From a virus, in IMG/VR virus record IMGVR_UViG_3300027769_000918, positions 1 through 64,000 of that record: a stretch of DNA of 64,000 bases; one strand, written 5' to 3'. The position numbers were made by a program, and so were the translations under genes. The notes beneath the pieces are model-generated. The model did no database searches, was not told the DNA's origin, and worked only from the letters and a program-made list of their open reading frames with translations. This document shows positions 55,909 through 64,000 of the stretch, piece by piece (position 1 is the stretch's first letter; each line of letters starts with the position of its first letter).

Positions 55909-56625
55909 TTAGACTATAGACCACTTAGATATTAGATCTTTTTCAACAGTTTCATATTCTGCAAACTGCAAAGCTCTATCGTAAATTAAGAATTCTCCAA
56001 TTTTAAAATTGCCAAAAGATGAAACATATCTGCCAATTGCTTGTCCAGTCATTGAAGCTACTGGTCCACCTGTTACTGCACGTGAAACTTCAACTCTATT
56101 TCTTCTTACAATTCTTTGATTATTTGATGAGTCAAAAACAATTGTATAAATTTCTGTTGTGCCTGATGCTGCTGCGGTAACAATAGAACCTTGGTCGTCA
56201 TTATAGAATCCAACCCTGTGTGTATTACTTGTTAAATTTCCTGCAAAAAGATTTGTTCTTGTGCCTGTGTTAGTTCCACCAAATAACCATGTATTAGCGT
56301 TTGCTGGTTTTGAAGCTACATAAATAATAGTAAATGATCTTCCAGCAATATATGCCAGGGTTTGATCTGAGAATGTCATAAAATCATCTGTGCCATCAAA
56401 TTGAAGAGCTCCTAAGCCGCCTAATCCAGTTGCCTGAAAGAGAGGCTTATTTGCTTGAGTTGCTTGAACCATGTGGCGTTGTGCGCCTGATTTATCATTC
56501 CATGCCTGAACAAAATTAGATCCATCTCTAATTACTGTGCCAGGAAGTGCTGCGTCTAGATGCAGTCTTAAGCCTAATGTTGTAAATCTAGCTCTACGAA
56601 AATTTGAACGCTGGTTAGGTAGCAA
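55909..56625 (-). CDS. LamG-like lectin-fold protein
   Basis: LHLDAA...WNDKSG, FDGTDD, KIGEFLIYDRAL...KW. Confidence 0.75.
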   Translation of the reverse strand: MLPNQRSNFRRARFTTLGLRLHLDAALPGTVIRDGSNFVQAWNDKSGAQRHMVQATQANKPLFQATGLGGLGALQFDGTDDFMTFSDQTLAYIAGRSFTIIYVASKPANANTWLFGGTNTGTRTNLFAGNLTSNTHRVGFYNDDQGSIVTAAASGTTEIYTIVFDSSNNQRIVRRNRVEVSRAVTGGPVASMTGQAIGRYVSSFGNFKIGEFLIYDRALQFAEYETVEKDLISKWSIV

Positions 56626-57069
56626 TTATTTTTCCTCTGTTCCACCATAAACCACAGGCTTCTCTGGCCATGTAATCTCTGATACATTTGAATATTCTTT
56701 TAATAGATTAAGCTTTTCTCTATACTTTACCCACGCTTCTTTATCTTTTGCAGATAAATCTGACTTAGTTTCAAGTCCTTCTGTAGATATTAATTCAAAA
56801 TCAATATGCGCCAGCAAAATATCTTTTTGATCATCTTCAGATATAGGTTGCACTTCAACATTATAAACTTTTTTGCTTCTAATGTATGGTGTGCATGGAA
56901 CTAATTTTTCAGTATTTGAGTCATAGTCTAAATCTGTAACTACTGGATATAGGTCGTTTTCTTTTATAAAGTCCCCATAGTCGCCGCTAGAAGGAAATGA
57001 AGTATTAGGAAATAATACTGTTATTTCACCAACATTGATGACTTCGTTATCCTTGACTATTGCGTACAT
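56626..57069 (-). CDS. Tail-fibre assembly chaperone-like protein
   Basis: LFPNTSFP; C-terminal W.KYR..L...ITWPEKP. Confidence 0.7.
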   Translation of the reverse strand: MYAIVKDNEVINVGEITVLFPNTSFPSSGDYGDFIKENDLYPVVTDLDYDSNTEKLVPCTPYIRSKKVYNVEVQPISEDDQKDILLAHIDFELISTEGLETKSDLSAKDKEAWVKYREKLNLLKEYSNVSEITWPEKPVVYGGTEEK

Positions 57070-57087
57070 GGGTTCCCCTTTTAATTA

Positions 57088-57525
57088 TTAAATAAATAGA
57101 TCAGCGAATGCGTATCCGCCGTAAACGGTTGTTCCACCGTCTTTTGTGTAGAAGTTCAAAAGTGTTGTATTTGTAGATAGAAGTGGTGCTACGTTTGCAG
57201 CTCCGCCACCATCCCACTTAACAACTCCTGGCCATGTAATTGTATATGAACCGCCAGCCTTAATCTCAACTTGCCAAAAAGCAGCTTTCGCTGTTGATGG
57301 AAAGCCAGTGAATGCTACTGTCATATTACCGTTTGCAATCATCTTAAATACACCAGCTTCTGACAAATTGCATGTAGCTGTTCCTCCAGCGTTGATTGTT
57401 CCTTTATCAGAAAATTCAACTGGGATGTTAAAGTATGTAAAACCTTGGCCATTAATTGGGGCCTGAAGGTATGTGTATGTCCACAAAGATGGTGTAACAG
57501 CTTGTGGGCTCATTGATACTGGCAT
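57088..57525 (-). CDS. Fibre-associated beta protein
   Basis: TITWP..VKW.GG..P.L.....LNFYT.DGGTT.YG motif. Confidence 0.65.
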   Translation of the reverse strand: MPVSMSPQAVTPSLWTYTYLQAPINGQGFTYFNIPVEFSDKGTINAGGTATCNLSEAGVFKMIANGNMTVAFTGFPSTAKAAFWQVEIKAGGSYTITWPGVVKWDGGGAANVAPLLSTNTTLLNFYTKDGGTTVYGGYAFADLFI

Positions 57526-57552
57526 TTTATTCTCCTTTTATTTCTTTAATTA

Positions 57553-58485
57553 TTAAGCTTTTACGTAATAAGTAATCTTACAGATTCCTGAGCCGCCAGT
57601 GTTACCTTGTCCTGCGCCACCACCTGAACCTGTATTTGGTTGAGCGTTTGCACCTGTTGATCCGTAGTATTCTCCGCCACCATTGCCACCTCCGCATGCG
57701 CCTGCTCCACCGACTCCTCTTGCAGAACCTCCGCCTCCTCCAGCAATTCCATAGAGTCCTTCTCCACCGTTTCCACCTAATGAATATCTACCGCTGTCTC
57801 CGTGTGCACAGCCTTGGCCTCCGCTTGAAGAACCTTCTGAAGGATATCTAGTTCCTCCGTGGTATCCAGCATAGCCACCGCTGTTTTGAAAACGTACGTC
57901 AGCATTATGCCCACCTTGGTTTGCTCCGCCTCCGCCGCCTCCGCCGCCCCATGATGTTTGCCATGCGCCTTGGCCTCCGCCACCAGAACCTATTCCTGTA
58001 ATATTATCTGCTCCTGGCCCGCATGAACCAGATTGTCCATCTCCTTGAGTTGAACCTCCACCGTAAGCTACCATATAAAATGGTTGGCCAGATGTTCCAA
58101 ATGTTGAATTTCCGCCTTGTGCATTACAAGTACCACCGCTTGCAATTCCAATTGAAATTCCAGTTCCTACTGGTACTGATGATATATTAAGAGTTCTTCT
58201 TAAAAGTTGTCCTGCTCCACCACCACCGTGGCCTGTTGAGCTGCTTGTACATCCCCCACCTCCACCGCCACCAACAAGAATTACATCTACCATTGGAGCT
58301 GAGTTAGCAGGTCTTGTCCATGACCCACCAGAAAGTATATCTACGCTGTATGCATTGTAAAATCCTGATAAATTAGCAGCAATTAAAGGAACAGCAACTG
58401 CTGTTGCCAATGTTTGAGTTACGTTTTTAATTTCTGTGTCTAGCCCTGGTACATAAATTTGATTAATAGTTCCGTAAGTTGCCAT
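57553..58485 (-). CDS. Glycine-rich fibre protein
   Basis: WTRPAN...ILVGGGGGG...GGSGICKITYYVKA; paralog of 59035-60027. Confidence 0.8.
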   Translation of the reverse strand: MATYGTINQIYVPGLDTEIKNVTQTLATAVAVPLIAANLSGFYNAYSVDILSGGSWTRPANSAPMVDVILVGGGGGGGCTSSSTGHGGGGAGQLLRRTLNISSVPVGTGISIGIASGGTCNAQGGNSTFGTSGQPFYMVAYGGGSTQGDGQSGSCGPGADNITGIGSGGGGQGAWQTSWGGGGGGGGANQGGHNADVRFQNSGGYAGYHGGTRYPSEGSSSGGQGCAHGDSGRYSLGGNGGEGLYGIAGGGGGSARGVGGAGACGGGNGGGEYYGSTGANAQPNTGSGGGAGQGNTGGSGICKITYYVKA

Positions 58486-58487
58486 TA

Positions 58488-58736
58488 TTATTTTACCTCG
58501 ATTTCATATGTTGAATCTTCTAGTCTATCCTCTGGATTTGTTGGAATTACAGAAGCAGGAGCAATAAATTTATTTCCTTCTAATCTCCACATAATCCCTG
58601 GTTGTGGATCATACTCTGTAATTTCCATTCTTTCAAGTTGTCCAAAGTCTGGGTGGTTTGCAATAAAACTTTCTTCATCACAAACAATAACATTACCAAT
58701 TACATTATCTATTAATAGAGCCCAGTGTCTTGCCAT
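58488..58736 (-). CDS. Small fibre-associated protein
   Basis: HWALLIDNVIGNVIV...PGIMW...F pattern. Confidence 0.7.
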   Translation of the reverse strand: MARHWALLIDNVIGNVIVCDEESFIANHPDFGQLERMEITEYDPQPGIMWRLEGNKFIAPASVIPTNPEDRLEDSTYEIEVK

Positions 58737-58738
58737 TA

Positions 58739-59032
58739 TTATTCTCCCTCTGCTTCATTTGGAGATGGCTTAAGTTCAGTTGTAAATGCATCTGCTGGAG
58801 CAACGTTCTCTTCTGCTGGAGCATTTGCTATAAATGGAAGAACCTTATTCCACTCTTCTGTTTCTCTATTGTAAGTCCAGGAAGGTGCTGGCTTATCATC
58901 GTAATCCCAGTCTGTGTAATCAAACCAAAGTAGATCTTTTAGATCTTCGTTTTCTTGAATTGATTCAACACTTCTTAAGTTTAAAAGGTTATAAATTGTT
59001 CCGTCTTCATTAATAAATACGTAATCTCTCAT
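58739..59032 (-). CDS. Small acidic fibre-associated protein
   Basis: YVFINEDG...PAPSWTYN...W. Confidence 0.7.
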   Translation of the reverse strand: MRDYVFINEDGTIYNLLNLRSVESIQENEDLKDLLWFDYTDWDYDDKPAPSWTYNRETEEWNKVLPFIANAPAEENVAPADAFTTELKPSPNEAEGE

Positions 59033-59034
59033 AA

Positions 59035-60027
59035 TTATGCCTTAACGTAGTATGTAATAATAGCTACGCCGCTTCCTCCTTTATTACCGACACCATTTGA
59101 TGTACAATTTCCTCCGCCACCTGAGCCAGTTCCGTCACGTCCTGCTCCACCAGCATTGTCTACTGTTCCATGACCTCCTGCGCCTCCGCCTGCTGATCCT
59201 GCTCCTGCGTGACCTCCGCCGCCTCCGCCTGCAATTCCATACATGCCTGGTCCACCCATTCCTCCGCCGAATGTCCATGTGGTCCAGCTGTGGTTTGTTC
59301 CTGTACCTCCGCCAGATGCTCCAGGCCCAAAACCAAATCCTCCAGGGTATCCTGGTGATCCTGTTCCATTACTTCCAGCATGCGTTCTTGCTTGGAATCC
59401 TGGTCCGCCTGCTCCGCCTCCGCCTCCGCCAGCTCCTCTTTGCCACCAACCCATTGATCCTCCGCCTCCGCCTGAACCTCCACCGTTAACATTTCCCATG
59501 CCAGCACCCATTGAACCAGAGTTTCCATTATTGCCTTGATTATTTGCTTGGCCTCCGCCGCCTCCTCCGTAAGCTATGCAATAAAATGGTTGTCCGTTTA
59601 CACCAAATGTTGAGTTTGAGCCATTGTTTCCGTTTGCGTTTGTGCTGCCAATTGCTGGTCCGCCCGCTCCAATTCCAACTGCAATTGTTCCGCCAACTGG
59701 AATAGATGAAACGTCTAACCATCTTTCAATTAGTTGTCCCGCTCCGCCTCCGCCTGAACCAACGTTATCCCATGAAACAGCAACTCCGCCTCCGCCGCCT
59801 CCGCCAACTAAAACCAATTTAATAACTGGTCCAGTATTGGCTGGTCTTGTCCAGTTACTGGAAGAATAAATTCTTTGTTCTAATGGTAGATACATAGAAG
59901 ATACTCCACCTGCAGCAATTGCTTCTGCGGTAATACCAGCCTGTAACCCTTGTGTTACTGCAGCAGTAATTGTGGTTGTTAAGCCTGGCAAATAAGTTGA
60001 CTGCGAGGTGCTAGAAACTTCTGACAT
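59035..60027 (-). CDS. Glycine-rich fibre protein
   Basis: WTRPAN...LVLVGGGGGG...GGSGVAIITYYVKA. Confidence 0.8.
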   Translation of the reverse strand: MSEVSSTSQSTYLPGLTTTITAAVTQGLQAGITAEAIAAGGVSSMYLPLEQRIYSSSNWTRPANTGPVIKLVLVGGGGGGGVAVSWDNVGSGGGGAGQLIERWLDVSSIPVGGTIAVGIGAGGPAIGSTNANGNNGSNSTFGVNGQPFYCIAYGGGGGGQANNQGNNGNSGSMGAGMGNVNGGGSGGGGGSMGWWQRGAGGGGGGAGGPGFQARTHAGSNGTGSPGYPGGFGFGPGASGGGTGTNHSWTTWTFGGGMGGPGMYGIAGGGGGGHAGAGSAGGGAGGHGTVDNAGGAGRDGTGSGGGGNCTSNGVGNKGGSGVAIITYYVKA

Positions 60028-60044
60028 GTTATTACTCCCTTAAA

Positions 60045-60365
60045 TTATGATGATGTTATTTTTACGCCAGATATAAACATTGTAATTGCATTGTTATTTG
60101 ATGCTGTTACAAGAATACTTTCTGCTGTGTTAAGAACTTGCTTAATGTCTAATGTCATAAATGTTTGTGGTGGAAGACTTAGCTGATAAGCCAAAAATGT
60201 TCCTGCCATTTTTACGTTAAATGTTTGTGCTGCTAACGTAATATTTTGTACTGTGATTGATGTTACTACATCTGTCTCTGCCGCTGGAACAGTCCAAACT
60301 CCTACTTCTGAAGTTGTAAGTGTTCCTGCATAAAAACGTGCTGGTAAGCTAACTGTTGTTGGCAT
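60045..60365 (-). CDS. Small virion protein resembling the N-terminal domain of the 789-aa collagen
   Basis: Shared ..T..N.......F.......L.L...LN..ESI.......ISGV pattern. Confidence 0.7.
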   Translation of the reverse strand: MPTTVSLPARFYAGTLTTSEVGVWTVPAAETDVVTSITVQNITLAAQTFNVKMAGTFLAYQLSLPPQTFMTLDIKQVLNTAESILVTASNNNAITMFISGVKITSS

Positions 60366-60366
60366 T

Positions 60367-60699
60367 TTATATTACTCCCATATTCTGATAAATTGTAAAG
60401 TTGTTTAATTCATTTGCAACAGCTGCTACCTGTGTCGCTCCTGCTGCAGCTACTGCTGCTACTTGTGTGCTTCCTGCAGAGGCAACTGTTGTTACAGCAC
60501 CAGTTACTGCAGTTGAGATGTCATTAAGTTTTGTATTTGTAGCTGCCAAAACATCGTTGACTCCCAAAAGATTTCCCATTGACTCAATAGCTTTTGCTAA
60601 ATAAACCAATTCTTGTGCGCCCAGGGAAGATCCACTAAGGGCTGCGACCTTAGTCTTAAAAAGATCGACTTGTGCTGTTAAGCTTGCATAATCTGGCAT
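60367..60699 (-). CDS. Helical fibre-associated protein
   Basis: MPDYASLTAQVDLFKT; N-terminal paralog of 62010-62672; promoter TGCTATACT at 60728-60720. Confidence 0.7.
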   Translation of the reverse strand: MPDYASLTAQVDLFKTKVAALSGSSLGAQELVYLAKAIESMGNLLGVNDVLAATNTKLNDISTAVTGAVTTVASAGSTQVAAVAAAGATQVAAVANELNNFTIYQNMGVI

Positions 60700-60736
60700 T
60701 ATTGATCACCTCTTTGTATAGTATAGCATAATAACA

Positions 60737-61114
60737 TTATAAGGTAGGCTCCTCTGGCCACACTACTTCTGGCCCAGTTACTGTGTCTGGCATATCTCTG
60801 AGTGCTTGCCTGTAAGTTTCCCACTCATTCTTTTTTTCATCTGACAAGTTTGAATTTAAAAGCTGTGTCCAATCAGACTTGATCAATCTTTGATCTCTTT
60901 CGTCTCGAACATATCTTAATGTACTTTGAAGGGTTAGCCCATCTCTGTAATCAGACAATTCCTGCTCTGTCATAGGAGTTGGAATATTATTTTTTAATTG
61001 ATAAAGTAGTCCTTCAATTTCATCAACTTCGTGCCATCCAAGGCCTGGGGATTCTTCTGAGTTTACAAACTCTTCTTGAAAACCTTCTTCTGAAAATTTA
61101 ATAAAATATGACAT
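60737..61114 (-). CDS. Tail-fibre assembly chaperone
   Basis: VRDERDQRLIKSDWTQL...W..YRQALRDMP...WPEEP; start re-called at 61114. Confidence 0.85.
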   Translation of the reverse strand: MSYFIKFSEEGFQEEFVNSEESPGLGWHEVDEIEGLLYQLKNNIPTPMTEQELSDYRDGLTLQSTLRYVRDERDQRLIKSDWTQLLNSNLSDEKKNEWETYRQALRDMPDTVTGPEVVWPEEPTL

Positions 61115-62010
61115 TATCTGTCTCCCAATAAAGCTGCTCTGTTCCAAATACGCCATGAATTTATGACGTTGAATTCATTATTAAAATCATTATAAGTTGC
61201 TGCTGCTTCAGTTAATCTAAGGTCTGGTTGAATCCAGTAGTCTCCAAACGTTTGCTCTAAAGAATAAAACTTATTAATGTCGTAAACGTTATTTGAACGC
61301 CAGTAGTACATACTATTTGCTTGAGTAACAGCAACAGATGATGACGCTGGAATAGTTACGTTCCATGACCATGTGTAGTAAGAGTTTCCGCCTGTTCTAT
61401 TTACTGGAACAGTCCATGACATTCCGTTTGCTGTAGAATAAAGTTTTCCGCTTGAATAAGATGGTGTTCCAATTGCTACTCCTGATCCTTCATATCCTGA
61501 TGACCAATAATTTGAGTAATGCCCCCACATTGTAATTGTTTTATTAAGAGTTGGGTGAAAATTTCTTAAGAATATTGTTCTGAATCTCATTGGGTTATAG
61601 TTAGACCCGTTATTCCATTGAGAATAAGTTATTTCCCCTCCCACTACAGAGTTTTTAGCATATTCAATTACACCGTTTTCTTGGTTTGAACTATAGCTTA
61701 ATGTATTTTGTCTGCTGTTTGTTCCGAGAGACATCCAGAATGCTCTTTCACAATCCGCCTGTGTGCTATTTGTTAAATAGTTTGTGTATGTTGTCCATGC
61801 TTCGCCAGATGACCAGGTGTATGCCCAGCCTTGCGCTCTATTTGTTGTGGAAGTAATTGTCGGAATGTGATAAGGATATCTAGTTCCGTCTGTGACTTCT
61901 CTCATGGTATTATCAATACCAGTTTTAATACCTAACGAAGCTGGTGTAAGATTAAGAGATGCTGCTGTTACTCCAAGTGTTGGGAGCCATACGTCTGAAA
62001 AATTTGGCAT
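61114..62010 (-). CDS. Aromatic-rich putative receptor-binding protein
   Basis: Trp/Tyr/Asn/Ser-rich, followed by a fibre chaperone; start re-called at 62010. Confidence 0.6.
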   Translation of the reverse strand: MPNFSDVWLPTLGVTAASLNLTPASLGIKTGIDNTMREVTDGTRYPYHIPTITSTTNRAQGWAYTWSSGEAWTTYTNYLTNSTQADCERAFWMSLGTNSRQNTLSYSSNQENGVIEYAKNSVVGGEITYSQWNNGSNYNPMRFRTIFLRNFHPTLNKTITMWGHYSNYWSSGYEGSGVAIGTPSYSSGKLYSTANGMSWTVPVNRTGGNSYYTWSWNVTIPASSSVAVTQANSMYYWRSNNVYDINKFYSLEQTFGDYWIQPDLRLTEAAATYNDFNNEFNVINSWRIWNRAALLGDR

Positions 62011-62672
62011 TAGGTTAGTGTCCATCCTCTCACGGCATCTGAATAAACTAATGTCATTCTAGCTCCGTTAATATTAACTACAAGATTTTCTGCAAGTCCT
62101 TGGATCCGTTGAGAGTTTCTTCCAACTGTCCAATTTGTTGTTGCTGCCGCTCCAGTCATATCAATTAATTGAACTTGATAGCCTAGTGTTGGGTTTAATG
62201 GAAGTGTAATTGTAATTCCACCAGCATTAACAAATATTCTTTCATTATTTAAAGCTGTATAGTTAGATGTAATTATCTTCCATGAGGAAGGTACTGTTGA
62301 TAATGAAGTCTGAAGAGCAGAAACTGTTGATTGAAGTGTTGTATATTGAGCACCGTTAGTAGAAACAAAGCCTTCAATGTTTGTAACTTTTCCTTCAAGC
62401 ACAGATATATCTGATTCTGCTTCTGTTAATCTTGTACCATTTGTTGAAGCAGCAAATGCTGTAATTGCTGCATCTTTAGCTGTATTAATTGTTGCAATTC
62501 CGTCAACAACAGAGTTATTGATATCTGCAACGCCTAAAGTATTAGCTATTGCATTTAATGCCGCTCCAACTAATTGAAGTTCATTCGCATCAAGTGAATC
62601 ACTTGTCATTAAAGCAGAAGCTGCTGTTTTAAACTGAGTTATCTGAGTACTTAAGGATGAGTAGTCTGGCAT
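62010..62672 (-). CDS. Fibre protein (coiled coil + small C-terminal beta domain)
   Basis: ITITLPLNPTLG...D......N.TVGRN...I.G...LVYSD..RGW. Confidence 0.7.
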   Translation of the reverse strand: MPDYSSLSTQITQFKTAASALMTSDSLDANELQLVGAALNAIANTLGVADINNSVVDGIATINTAKDAAITAFAASTNGTRLTEAESDISVLEGKVTNIEGFVSTNGAQYTTLQSTVSALQTSLSTVPSSWKIITSNYTALNNERIFVNAGGITITLPLNPTLGYQVQLIDMTGAAATTNWTVGRNSQRIQGLAENLVVNINGARMTLVYSDAVRGWTLT

Positions 62673-62675
62673 TTT

Positions 62676-64000
62676 TTAGGCCTGCGCTTCCGTCCATGCA
62701 AGTACTGCTGATATATTTGCTGGTGCTGAACCGAGATTCGTAGCAACAATTGTAAGAATATCTGGGGCATTAGGGAAACCTGGTGCGGCTGTGCTGCCGT
62801 CTCCATTTAGAATAGAGTTACCTAGATCTCTTGCTTTTGAAAGGTCAATACGTGTTACAGAGTAGTTTGTACCTCCACCATTATCTGTGTAGAAAGCGAA
62901 GATACGGTCTCCACCAGAAACGGTGTTTGTAGGAGAAAGAACTGGTGATCCAGTTGTTCCTGTTCCATCATGATAGATAATTTGAGCAAGTGATCCAGAT
63001 CCTACTCTTGAATCTGACCAAGCAGTTGGAATATTAACTCCGTTGAGAGACTGTGCATTCAAAATTCCTTCTACAAGGAATTGTCCCTGTGCTAGCAAGT
63101 TAATACTGTATAGTTTTAGCTGCATGTTATTTGAAAGTTCACGCAGACCAAAGTTACGTCCTGTACCGTTATCAACAGAAGGTGCTACTCTAAGGGAAAT
63201 TAATGGACGTGCCTGTTGGGTAGCGCCAAAGGTTTGCACTACAGCACCATTAGGGCTAACTGCTGAAGATGCTTCATCTACTTGGGCAAGTGCATATGAA
63301 ATTGTATTTGAAGTTGTATTGCTTACTTGGAATGTTCCGTTATAGAAGCTTGATGTAGTTGCTGTAGCACCTGCACCTACTGCTTGGAATGGAATATTGA
63401 CCGATGCACGACTAAACAAAATTGTTGTACTAGTTGTACCAGTAATTGTCCATGTTCCATTAAACACGCTGTCTACTCCAGTAACAACTACAGTTTGTCC
63501 ATTTCTATGTCTATGTGCAACAGAAGTTGTAAGTTCTGCTACGTTTGCAGTCAATCTCTTATATGTAATTGTAGATACATCGTTTACACCCGAAATTGTT
63601 GCATTAAATCCTGGAAGCAATGAGTGAGGTGCTGATGTTGTAATTGTTGCAACTCCAGATGTTCTTACTCTTGAAACAATTGTTGCTGAAACAGATCCAG
63701 AACCACCGACCTGCAAGTAACGCTGCATACCAGCTGTAAAGATGAAGGAAGCGTCATCATCGAAGCCTCCGTCCATAATTACTGAAGATCCCCAGTGGCT
63801 CATAACAGGAGCACACTCTTGAGAAATAACTTGAACTGATACCTGAGCAGATCCTGAGCCTCCAGGAATTGTTGCGTCTGGTCTAAATGTTGCAGCTTGA
63901 TATGTGCCATTTAAGCTATAGGCTGCACCTGAATAATATGTTACATAAGGTTGTCTACGAATAATATTCATAGCATAACCCTTTGCTGTTTGGCTATATG
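62676..64000 (-). CDS. Large virion structural protein (partial, 5' end outside the window)
   Basis: Frame stays open to 64000; SHWGSSVIMDGGFDDD, repeated AT.TT...H....G..V...GV units, PLISLRVAPSVDNG, ...WTEAQA. Confidence 0.75.
   Translation of the reverse strand, partial: YSQTAKGYAMNIIRRQPYVTYYSGAAYSLNGTYQAATFRPDATIPGGSGSAQVSVQVISQECAPVMSHWGSSVIMDGGFDDDASFIFTAGMQRYLQVGGSGSVSATIVSRVRTSGVATITTSAPHSLLPGFNATISGVNDVSTITYKRLTANVAELTTSVAHRHRNGQTVVVTGVDSVFNGTWTITGTTSTTILFSRASVNIPFQAVGAGATATTSSFYNGTFQVSNTTSNTISYALAQVDEASSAVSPNGAVVQTFGATQQARPLISLRVAPSVDNGTGRNFGLRELSNNMQLKLYSINLLAQGQFLVEGILNAQSLNGVNIPTAWSDSRVGSGSLAQIIYHDGTGTTGSPVLSPTNTVSGGDRIFAFYTDNGGGTNYSVTRIDLSKARDLGNSILNGDGSTAAPGFPNAPDILTIVATNLGSAPANISAVLAWTEAQA

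Overview
The whole 64 kb window is part of a large tailed dsDNA phage genome with siphovirus-type morphogenesis genes. Every credible gene lies on the minus strand. The DNA is AT-rich (roughly 35-40% GC by eye, not computed) and uses the standard genetic code. In transcription order (right to left) it holds: (1) a ~17 kb fibre/appendage cluster with Gly-rich, LamG, Ig/FN3-like and two Thr-rich collagen-like proteins flanking a GT2-TPR glycosyltransferase; (2) portal, protease/scaffold, major capsid, head-tail connectors, major tail protein, frameshifted tail chaperones, a 2151-aa tape measure and tail-tip genes; (3) a replication/recombination block (metallophosphoesterase, DnaB, primase, two SSB-type proteins, DnaE, MazG, RecA, Cas4-like nuclease, RuvC); (4) terminase; (5) five tRNAs; (6) accessory genes (histone-H1-like peptide, SNase, GMP reductase/IMPDH, Hsp20, FmdB zinc ribbon, a large secreted protein cut by the window edge). 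Gene content and order resemble large actinobacteriophages such as Streptomyces cluster BE/BK-like and uncultured freshwater actinophages, and several apparent leaderless mRNAs fit an actinobacterial host; both points are inference. Most interesting candidates: a three-gene putative cobalamin capture/activation cassette (transcobalamin-like DUF4430-type protein, small membrane peptide, PduO adenosyltransferase); a BclA/SgtA-like collagen-fibre glycosylation locus whose larger fibre ends in a blue-copper-like domain; a ROSE-type RNA thermometer and a compact pseudoknot around hsp20; and a possible cargo domain in the tape measure protein bracketed by (Y/M)AxGG repeats. All family assignments come from motif recognition by eye; no searches were run.
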